From an uncultured bacterium (GTDB lineage Bacteria; Patescibacteriota; Kazan-3B-28), in contig OY968788.1 in assembly GCA_963695435.1 (NCBI GenBank), forward strand, positions 280,004 to 344,003: DNA of 64,000 nt. The letters run 5' to 3'. Both the position numbers and the translations under genes were made by a program. The notes under the pieces are model-generated. The model worked only from the letters and a program-made list of their open reading frames with translations. It was not told the DNA's origin and searched no databases. How positions within the stretch are numbered: the stretch's first letter is position 1; each line of letters begins with the position of its first letter. Shown here piece by piece: positions 54,441 through 64,000 of the stretch.

Positions 54441-55730
54441 ATGGAAATGACTAAATACGCATTTTTGCTGGGGTCCCATCCATTGATGAGCTTCTTGGAA
54501 ATTTTGAACGTGCTGGATGTGGAGAAAATTCCCAAAGGGCCTTACACCCGCACTGGTGAGGATATTTTGATTATTCCGTTGAAACTGACTGACGCGAAGC
54601 TGAATAAACTTCAACAGCTGCTTGGCGGGACGATAAAGATCATTGAAATCGTAGATGAGTTTGACGGAACGATTTTCCAAGTCAGCCGAGTGCTGACACC
54701 GGAGACTTTGATTGCCAAGTACTTTGCCCAATCGGAAAGTAAGATTAACTTTGGATTTTCCGTTTATTCCATCAATCATCTGGTGTATTCGGAGATAAAC
54801 TGGCTTCGCAATTTTGCCTACCAAATAAAACGCCGATTCAAATCGAATTACAGCATTCGGTATGTTGACGAAAAGAACTTTGAACTCTCTTCTGTAATGG
54901 TGGTGAACAACAAATTGGTTGAAACTGGTGCGGAAATTGTCATTATCAAGCAGGATAAGAATTTCAAGATTGGACGAACTCGGACGGTGCAGGATTTTCG
55001 TAGTTACGCTCATCGAGATATGGAAAAGCCCAGCCCGAACCCGAAGTCAGGGATGCTCCCGCCAAAATTAGCGCAGATTATGCTAAACCTGACACGGGAC
55101 AATCGGCATAAGCAAATCTTTGACCCGTTTTGTGGAAGCGGGATTATTTTGCAAGAAGCGATTTTGCTGGATTTGGATATTTTAGCTTCGGACATTGATG
55201 AAGATGCGGTGAAATCGACTGAAGATAATTTGGCGTGGCTAATCAAAACACATAACGCCGCCGCACCGAAATTGGGGTATGAAAAAATCAAGACATCAAA
55301 ATTGACCAGCCGAATTAGGTTGGCTGACGCTACTCGGTCGCGTTGGATAAAGGCAAATCAGTCGGATGTTTGTGTGGTGACTGAACCATACTTGGGGCCT
55401 CCGCAAAGAGGACCGATACTACTTCACCACGCAAAGAATATCGCTCAAGAGCTGGAGCAACTTTATGTCGGGTTTTTTGAGAATCTAAATAAGAACTACG
55501 GAAAGATTGATAAAGTTGGTTTTGTTTTGCCTGTACTGAAAACCAACGAAGGACTTTTGTATATGAATGTGCTGGAGCGCATCAAGGAACTTGGATTCAC
55601 ACCAAAACAATTCCTGCCGGCAGAAGCGGCAAAGAAAGAGGCATTAGCGACCCACCGCGGAGGATTGCTCTACGCCCGTCCAGACGCCTTCGTCCTACGG
55701 GAAATCTTCGTGTTCGAGAAAAAATCTTGA
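54441..55730 (+). CDS. SAM-dependent methyltransferase (Trm11-like)
   Basis: GMLPPKLAQIM.NL, DPFCGSG, SDID, TEPYLG. Confidence 0.85.
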   Translation: MEMTKYAFLLGSHPLMSFLEILNVLDVEKIPKGPYTRTGEDILIIPLKLTDAKLNKLQQLLGGTIKIIEIVDEFDGTIFQVSRVLTPETLIAKYFAQSESKINFGFSVYSINHLVYSEINWLRNFAYQIKRRFKSNYSIRYVDEKNFELSSVMVVNNKLVETGAEIVIIKQDKNFKIGRTRTVQDFRSYAHRDMEKPSPNPKSGMLPPKLAQIMLNLTRDNRHKQIFDPFCGSGIILQEAILLDLDILASDIDEDAVKSTEDNLAWLIKTHNAAAPKLGYEKIKTSKLTSRIRLADATRSRWIKANQSDVCVVTEPYLGPPQRGPILLHHAKNIAQELEQLYVGFFENLNKNYGKIDKVGFVLPVLKTNEGLLYMNVLERIKELGFTPKQFLPAEAAKKEALATHRGGLLYARPDAFVLREIFVFEKKS

Positions 55731-55755
55731 CGCTCTCCACCAGATACGGTAATCT
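55727..55755 (+). promoter_or_regulatory. Sigma70 promoter for rpmA
   Basis: TTGACG-17 nt-TAATCT. Confidence 0.6.
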
Positions 55756-55897
55756 GTCGTAGTTAGTGTTTAATGTTTTATCGGGGTCCCCGAGGCAAAC
55801 CAACGAAGTGTTTGGCTTGGGGAGAGGAGAAATCCTTGAACCCCAAAAGGCGAGAAGAGAATACGCCTCGCCGTTAAAGTGAAAGGATTTAGACGAG

Positions 55898-56176
55898 ATG
55901 GCCCATGTAAAAGCCGCCGGTACATCTAAAAACCTCAAAGACTCCAAGCCAAAGATGCTCGGGGTCAAGGTGTATGGAAATCAATACGCGAAAGCGGGTG
56001 ATATTATCGTTCGCCAGCGGGGTCAGAAATATCGCGCGGGTGAAAACACATTGATGGGCAGGGACCATACCGTGTTTGCTAAGGTTGCCGGTAAGGTAGA
56101 TTTCCAAGTGAAGCGGGTACGCAAAAATGGTGTAGGACACGCAACTGCGACCTACATTAGTGTGGTGACGAAGTAG
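55898..56176 (+). CDS. rpmA: 50S ribosomal protein bL27
   Basis: MAHVKA.G..DS..K.LGVK..G.IIVRQRG..GRDHT.FA. Confidence 0.96.
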   Translation: MAHVKAAGTSKNLKDSKPKMLGVKVYGNQYAKAGDIIVRQRGQKYRAGENTLMGRDHTVFAKVAGKVDFQVKRVRKNGVGHATATYISVVTK

Positions 56177-56304
56177 TATCTAGTATCTAGCATCTAGCGA
56201 AGAGAGGCGCCGAAGGGCGTTTTTTGTTTGCTAATTTTTAGACAAGAAAAAACCGCCGTGAGAAAGGGATCGAACCTTTCTCCGGCGGCTGAATGTGCAC
56301 TTAA

Positions 56305-56478
56305 TCATCTTGTCACCCCTAAATAGCGGCAAGCCAAGACCAGCCCCAAGATGATAATTGTCAGTAGCGATGATGAACAGCCTGGCAAGCCGGTCCAAAT
56401 TGGCTCCGGTATTGTTGGCTTTACAGTGCCGGGTGGCAGTGGATCGTTTGGCAATTCCTGTTCATTTTTGCCTTTCAC
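56305..56478 (-). CDS. 57-aa Pro-rich peptide with C-terminal TM (not in ORF track)
   Basis: SD GAGGTG before GTG; overlaps the upstream gene stop. Confidence 0.5.
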   Translation of the reverse strand: MKGKNEQELPNDPLPPGTVKPTIPEPIWTGLPGCSSSLLTIIILGLVLACRYLGVTR

Positions 56479-57151
56479 TTCGCACCTCGCTCCAACGCTT
56501 GCCCTTGATGAGAGCCTCTTCGTATTTCCTAGCCAGTATGTCGGGATTCTCTATAGCCGTAAGAGTAGCGTCAAGCTTCCCTAGCCAAACTGAAATCCAC
56601 GCAAAGAGTAGGCTGTACAAAACTCTATCGATTGTTTGCGCGGTCGAGTATGTCGGCTGCAACAGCAGCAAGAACCATACTCCGTAAATGGCTAACCCCA
56701 TCGTCCACACCAATAAATCCTTGGTGATTTGGGATTCCAAAATGTCCCTCATTTCAACCCACCCGCAGAATTCGTCTCGGTTGAAGAGGTATTCCAGCGA
56801 CAGATAACAGCGTGCCAATAGAAAGCCGATGAACGCCAAAATTGCCGCCGCTAACAACCAAAGCAGATACCAAGACAAATGGCCGTTCCACCATTGGTTC
56901 ACGGATACCCCGATCATCGCCCAGGCTCGAGTAATGATACCGCCGACAACCCAAGCGACTACGAGGTAGATGGGACCGGAGGCTTCAGCCCACCAGTTAG
57001 GAACCAGTAGACCAAAGAGAATGATCACTGCTACAAGAGCGATTAGCCACACCCACGACGGAATTTGTACTGGCAGCCATAAAATGGCTGCCCAGATTAA
57101 TCCACCTATGGCAAGCCACCCGGTGGATATCCAGAAACGTTTAGCCGACAT
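56462..57151 (-). CDS. Trp-rich multi-pass membrane protein (orphan)
   Basis: About six hydrophobic helices; GGGGG SD before ATG 57151. Confidence 0.75.
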   Translation of the reverse strand: MSAKRFWISTGWLAIGGLIWAAILWLPVQIPSWVWLIALVAVIILFGLLVPNWWAEASGPIYLVVAWVVGGIITRAWAMIGVSVNQWWNGHLSWYLLWLLAAAILAFIGFLLARCYLSLEYLFNRDEFCGWVEMRDILESQITKDLLVWTMGLAIYGVWFLLLLQPTYSTAQTIDRVLYSLLFAWISVWLGKLDATLTAIENPDILARKYEEALIKGKRWSEVRSERQK

Positions 57152-57181
57152 CGCAACCCCCAAATAATAAATTCGCCCCAA

Positions 57182-57193
57182 TGTCAAAGAGCA
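57182..57193 (-). promoter_or_regulatory. boxA-like element
   Basis: TGCTCTTTGACA, one mismatch from E. coli rrn boxA TGCTCTTTAACA, just downstream of a TTGACT-17 nt-GATACT promoter. Confidence 0.55.
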
Positions 57194-57248
57194 GGAGCGT
57201 AGAGTCTAGTATCCCTGATTTTCAGCTACCAGTCAACGAAAGGAGAAA

Positions 57249-58919
57249 TTAGAAAATTGGCTGATTCTCATGGATGGGTTCAGGGACGCTATCAATCAAT
57301 GAAGTAGAGCGGATGACGGCGCCGATGAAGTCGCGGAATAGCGGATGGGGACGATTGGGACGAGACTTGAATTCGGGATGGAATTGCGATGCCACAAACC
57401 ACGGGTGGTCTCTTAGTTCAATTATTTCTACCAGTTCGTTGCTGGGGGAAACACCCGACAAAGTCATCCCGGCAGATTCAAAATTTTGACGGTAAAGATT
57501 GTTGAATTCATAGCGATGGCGATGGCGCTCGGAAATTTCCGAAAGCTGATAGGCAAGTTGAGCGCGAGAATTTGGCCGCAGTATGGCAGGATAAGCGCCC
57601 AACCGCATCGTGCCGCCTTTATCCAAAATAGTTTTTTGATATTCCATAATGTGAATAACCGGGTAAGTGGTGTTTTCGTCAAACTCCGTACTATGGGCAT
57701 CCTGCCAGCCCAAAACATTACGAGCGAACTCAATCACCGCGATTTGCATCCCTAAACACAGACCCAAATACGGAATTTTATTTTCGCGGGTGTACTGGGC
57801 GGCTTTGATTTTCCCTTCTATCCCCCGAACTCCAAATCCGCCCGGCACTACATAGCCATCACAACCGCTCATAATTTCGGCAACATTGGCAATAGGGTTG
57901 CCCAATTCTTCCGCGTCAATCCATTTTAGATTTACATCTACATTGTGATACCAACCGGCGGCGCGTAATGCTTCAAAAATACAAATGTAAGTGTCTTCCA
58001 TCGTGGTATATTTTGCGACAATGCCGATGTTGAGTTTGCGTTTGTCTGATTTGATTTTCCCGACTAACTCACGCCATTCCGCCAATTTTGGTTCAGTCGG
58101 CGTCAGACCCAACCGTTCTTCAATCACTTTCCCGATGCCGAAGTTTTCCAATGTCAGAGGCACCTCGTAAACGGTGTCAGCGGTTTGGAGAGGGACAACA
58201 TTAGTTACTGGCAAGTTTGCCGCGCGGGCGATTTTTTCCAATCCCACTTGCGGAATCGGGTGATCAGCGCGACAAAAAATGGCATCTGGAGAGATGCCAA
58301 TCCCCTGCAATTCGCGGATGCTAAATTGCGCCGGACGGGTTTTTAGCTCTTTAGTGACGCCCAGATAAGGCAGGAAAACTGTGTGACAATACATTACGCT
58401 GTTCGGGCCCAAATCATGTCTCATCTCACGAATTGCTTCCAAAAAATGAAATCCTTCATGGTCACCGACCGTCCCTCCAACTTCCACCACCGCAATATCC
58501 GCTCCGATTTTTTGGGCACCGTTAATGATGATCTCTTTCACCACATTGGTCAGATGTGGGATTACCTGCACAGTTTTGCCCAAGAAGTCTCCCCTGCGTT
58601 CACGGGCAATTACATCACTGTAAATACGACCGGTCATAATAGAAGAATCTTTGGTCAGATTTTCATCAACAAATCTTTCATAGTGTCCTAAATCCAAATC
58701 AGTTTCCGCACCATCATCTGTCACAAAAACTTCGCCATGCTCCCCTGGGTTCAGAGTTCCCGCGTCATAGTTGATGTATTGGTCGAGTTTCTGCATAAAA
58801 ATCTTATATCCGCGCGCTTTTAGGATGTTACCAATAGATGCGGCTGTAATTCCTTTGCCAAGACCCGACAACACGCCCCCTGTTACGAAAATGAATTTTA
58901 TTGGTTTCAAATCATTCAT
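57249..58919 (-). CDS. pyrG: CTP synthase
   Basis: VTGGVLSGLGKG, DLDLGHYERF, GLCLGMQ, ERHRHRYE, QFHPEF. Confidence 0.98.
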   Translation of the reverse strand: MNDLKPIKFIFVTGGVLSGLGKGITAASIGNILKARGYKIFMQKLDQYINYDAGTLNPGEHGEVFVTDDGAETDLDLGHYERFVDENLTKDSSIMTGRIYSDVIARERRGDFLGKTVQVIPHLTNVVKEIIINGAQKIGADIAVVEVGGTVGDHEGFHFLEAIREMRHDLGPNSVMYCHTVFLPYLGVTKELKTRPAQFSIRELQGIGISPDAIFCRADHPIPQVGLEKIARAANLPVTNVVPLQTADTVYEVPLTLENFGIGKVIEERLGLTPTEPKLAEWRELVGKIKSDKRKLNIGIVAKYTTMEDTYICIFEALRAAGWYHNVDVNLKWIDAEELGNPIANVAEIMSGCDGYVVPGGFGVRGIEGKIKAAQYTRENKIPYLGLCLGMQIAVIEFARNVLGWQDAHSTEFDENTTYPVIHIMEYQKTILDKGGTMRLGAYPAILRPNSRAQLAYQLSEISERHRHRYEFNNLYRQNFESAGMTLSGVSPSNELVEIIELRDHPWFVASQFHPEFKSRPNRPHPLFRDFIGAVIRSTSLIDSVPEPIHENQPIF

Positions 58920-58930
58920 TTGTTTTCTTT

Positions 58931-59012
58931 TGTCATTCTGAATGTAATGAAGAATCTATAAGAAAATTATTATTTTAGATCCTTCGATTCGCTCTGCTCG
59001 CTCAGGATGACA
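58931..59012 (+). repeat. REP-like palindromic element copy 6
   Basis: TGTCATTCTGAATGTAATGAAGAATCT...AGATCCTTCG...CTCAGGATGACA. Confidence 0.9.
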
Positions 59013-59019
59013 CTGCGTG

Positions 59020-60168
59020 TCATTTATAGATTCTGGTTAGGTGCGCGGGTATACGGGAAAGGATTTCATAATTGATGGTGCCCGCCCAATCGGCAATGTC
59101 GGTGGCGGTGATTTCTTTATTTTGACTGCGACCAATAATAACTACTTCATCACCAACTTTGGCGCGCGGTCTTTTGCTGATGTCCAAAATTATCATATTC
59201 ATACACACCCGACCGACAAACGGAACAACTGCGCCTTTGAGAAGCGCAAACCCCATATTACTCAAATGTCTTGGAATACCTTCGAAATAACCAACTGGGA
59301 TAACACCGATAGTCATCGCTGACTTTGCCTGATAATTGCAACCGTATCCAACATAACTTCCTGCGCGAATGCGTTTGACTTGAACCAACTTTGTTTTGTA
59401 AGTAAGAGCTGGTTTCAGACGGAAATTGCGAGTTTTTTTACTGCGCTTACACCACAGCTCCACACTCCGCGATGGCCAGATGCCGTAAAGTGAAATACCG
59501 ATGCGAACACAATTGAATCTGGAATTGGGTACCATAATTGCGGCGGCAGAAGAGGCGATGGAAATAATTGGAATTTTGATATCCAATTTTTCGAGCTTGG
59601 CTAGCAATCTTTCAAATGCCAGAACCTGGTCGTTGGTATAGCTCTGGTTTAGTTCTTCCACACTCGCAAGATGCGAATACAATCCCTCTAATTCAAATTG
59701 ACGAGTTTTGGAAGAAATCAATTTTATAATTCGAATAATTTCGTCAATATTGTTGAAGCCTAGCCGATTGATACCGCTATCCAATTTCACATGAACAATC
59801 GCTTTGCGATTAGTGATGTCCGCAATGCGAGCAATCGTGCGATAACTTTCTTCGTTGTAAACACTCAAACCGATTTTGTTGCGAATCAGCGAACCAATAC
59901 TATCTTTCGGAACGGCACCCAACACTACAATCGGCTGAATAATTCCCTTTTTGCGTAATTCTAACGCTTCATCAGCGGTAATTACTCCTAAATAATCAGC
60001 ACCTGACCTAATTGATTGTTTCGCAACTTCAAAAAGCCCGTGCCCGTAAGCATTGGCTTTTACAACTGCCATAATTTTTGTTTCCGGTTTTAGGAGGCGC
60101 CTAAATTGCTTGATGTTGAAATCAATCGCTTTTAGATCAACCGTAATCCAAGCAAGTGGATTGCTCAT
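59020..60168 (-). CDS. alr: Alanine racemase
   Basis: AVVKANAYGHG, HVKLDSG..RLG, GRVCMN, TINYE; start ATG 60168. Confidence 0.97.
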   Translation of the reverse strand: MSNPLAWITVDLKAIDFNIKQFRRLLKPETKIMAVVKANAYGHGLFEVAKQSIRSGADYLGVITADEALELRKKGIIQPIVVLGAVPKDSIGSLIRNKIGLSVYNEESYRTIARIADITNRKAIVHVKLDSGINRLGFNNIDEIIRIIKLISSKTRQFELEGLYSHLASVEELNQSYTNDQVLAFERLLAKLEKLDIKIPIISIASSAAAIMVPNSRFNCVRIGISLYGIWPSRSVELWCKRSKKTRNFRLKPALTYKTKLVQVKRIRAGSYVGYGCNYQAKSAMTIGVIPVGYFEGIPRHLSNMGFALLKGAVVPFVGRVCMNMIILDISKRPRAKVGDEVVIIGRSQNKEITATDIADWAGTINYEILSRIPAHLTRIYK

Positions 60169-60286
60169 GAACCTCCAAAAAATATTTACATAAATAACCT
60201 CAACCCCCACATACCCGACCCCCATCAGGCATACCTCCCATATGATACTACAAGAGGGAAGCTTCGCCAGGCGATAGATACGGGAA

Positions 60287-60308
60287 GCCCCCGGCCGAAG
60301 CCGGGGGC
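60287..60308 (-). terminator. Terminator hairpin
   Basis: GCCCCCGGC-TTCG-GCCGGGGGC on the minus strand. Confidence 0.75.
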
Positions 60309-60337
60309 GAGAGATTACTTATGGCGTGGTGCAAGCC

Positions 60338-60979
60338 CTAAGCCGCAGAGCGAGATATAATCTTGCCGATTATACCCAACTCCAGAGCTTTGTGGCTGGA
60401 GATTTCCAAGTTCATGGCGAGGTACTCGGAAATCGTGATTCCAAGGCGATCTGCCTCGGATGCGAAAACGGGCGACCACAGCTCATTACGCTTGATCGAA
60501 ACCGTTATCGCGTCATCGAACCATGCTTCGATCTTGGCTCGCCAAACTTCTTTCGGCAAACCGTCGATAAGCTGGCGAGCAGTGTTGACCTGCCCGGCAT
60601 ATCGCAGGTCGGCGAAAGATGAGGCAACTGTGAAGGTCGCTTCCGGTTGGGCAAACCTGCGTTCGCGTGGGAATGCGGTTACCATCAACTCAAGGGCTGC
60701 TCCATGAGCGCGGGAAACCACCCATATTGCCTTTGGCACATTTAGGAGGTTGATCGCAGTCCGGAGTCGCTCCATGTTGCATGTATCGCCGCCGTGGCTG
60801 TCAATCACCAAGAGCAGACCGTGCTCTTTGGTAAGTTGAGTAAACTGCCCAATCAAGTGATTGACAACATCTTGCTCGATGCCACCCAAGAGCTGGACCA
60901 ACATGCCTTCGCTCTTCAAACACTGACTGATTTCTGTGGGGATATTCTTCCAAACATCCCCGTCCACAAATTTGAACAT
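60338..60979 (-). CDS. ClpP-fold protein lacking catalytic residues
   Basis: L.G.I, IDSHGG, AHGAA (Ser missing), RFAQPEA.F.VA (His missing), ALELGII..I. Confidence 0.78.
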   Translation of the reverse strand: MFKFVDGDVWKNIPTEISQCLKSEGMLVQLLGGIEQDVVNHLIGQFTQLTKEHGLLLVIDSHGGDTCNMERLRTAINLLNVPKAIWVVSRAHGAALELMVTAFPRERRFAQPEATFTVASSFADLRYAGQVNTARQLIDGLPKEVWRAKIEAWFDDAITVSIKRNELWSPVFASEADRLGITISEYLAMNLEISSHKALELGIIGKIISRSAA

Positions 60980-61011
60980 TGATACACCTCGAATAGTGAT
61001 TACCGGACGGA

Positions 61012-61617
61012 TCAGTCGACTGACGGAGGCTCGAAGCGCAAGTCCCGCCAGATAAGTATGGGGCCGAAGATCCAGTAGAGGATCTCTTGCCGCTTTTGGA
61101 AAGCCGGCTCGCTGTGAGGATGAATATCCTCACGATCGAAGGCCTCGACTTCCAGTCGCGCTCCCCTCAACAAGTTTAGCCAGAAGCAGATAGCTTTGAC
61201 TTTTCCCCGGCGCGCGGTATCGCAGCAGACTATCCGCTTCTTTATGTCCCCATATCTACCGAAGATCTTTACGGCGTGGACGATGTTCTGCGTAGTATTC
61301 CATCCCCAATAGGCGTGGTCTGTAATCATATTGGGGGGCAATCGATCGGCCGCATTGCCAGAAGCTTGATCCTCATGGAAGCGAGCTAACAAATACTTGT
61401 ACATAGTGTCTCCCTCGCTTACGAGGGGGCGTGCGGGGTTAGTGTACCCGCCAGCCAGAATCACTGTCGCAAGATCTCCTTGCCTCTGGTGATCTTTGAT
61501 TAGCTCCCAGCAGGAATCCAAGTACCGCTTATATCCGCGCATTTCTTTCGGACTACGCAAATCCGGATCATAGAGGCCATAACCCATAACAACAATGCCT
61601 GTCGTACGACCAGACAT
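61012..61617 (-). CDS. YdcF/DUF218-like protein
   Basis: IVVMGYG, ILAGG..SEG..M..YL, NTTQN. Confidence 0.7.
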   Translation of the reverse strand: MSGRTTGIVVMGYGLYDPDLRSPKEMRGYKRYLDSCWELIKDHQRQGDLATVILAGGYTNPARPLVSEGDTMYKYLLARFHEDQASGNAADRLPPNMITDHAYWGWNTTQNIVHAVKIFGRYGDIKKRIVCCDTARRGKVKAICFWLNLLRGARLEVEAFDREDIHPHSEPAFQKRQEILYWIFGPILIWRDLRFEPPSVD

Positions 61618-61854
61618 GGACTTTCACCCCCTTAGAGATTTGGATTATTTTGAGTCAAGGTGCCGTACCTAACTGATGGGAGGATAGTCTTTCTCGAGGT
61701 TATTGTCAATAAAAATCAGCTCTGGGAGCTGTTGTTTCGGTAGTCCTGTTTTTAGGTGGAAGGGTAAGCAGGTCGCTTGGTTCGTTATGGCGAACCGAGC
61801 TTTGCTCGCGACCGTCGAGAGGGAAACACACCCCATTGCCCTCTCGAGAACCTC

Positions 61855-63924
<2,070 letters not shown>

Positions 63925-64000
63925 CTAGAGGACTAGCTGGGGTAGTTGTTCAGCACTTAAATTGTAGCTGATTTTCAGGGGTAAAACAAGGGAAAATCTA

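Noticed and set aside
20410-59012. Palindromic repeats or heptamer tracts as a CRISPR array
   Set aside because: Copies are dispersed or lack unique spacers; no cas genes

Overview
64-kb chromosomal segment of a small-genome bacterium, most likely Patescibacteria/CPR (inferred from gene content; genetic code 11). It is mostly housekeeping: uvrA/uvrC, ligA, gatCAB, mfd, pth, der, aspS, nfo, rarA, gltX, glyA, rpmA, pyrG, alr, gyrB, several glycosyltransferases, a sortase, two membrane-anchored VirB4/TraG/HerA-like ATPases and three tRNAs (Glu-CTC, Gln-CTG, Leu-CAA). No transposase, integrase, reverse transcriptase, CRISPR array or prophage is recognisable. The unusual material is small-scale: (1) a consensus sigma70 promoter driving a ~200-nt structured, terminator-ended non-coding transcript between mfd and pth; (2) a multi-hairpin spacer between uvrA and uvrC; (3) a duplicated tRNA-Glu 3' end split in the T-loop by a 78-nt insert with group-II-like ends; (4) solitary orphan genes with own promoters, several sharing a boxA-like leader, two resembling CPR DGR target proteins; (5) a REP-like palindrome family, with fragments translated in frame inside genes; (6) 7-nt-period tracts at gene junctions; (7) a catalytically dead ClpP homolog, an AT-hook protein, a candidate CCC-TAA +1 frameshift gene and a mini-island at tRNA-Gln. 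Family calls rest on motifs recognised by eye; no database search or folding program was run.
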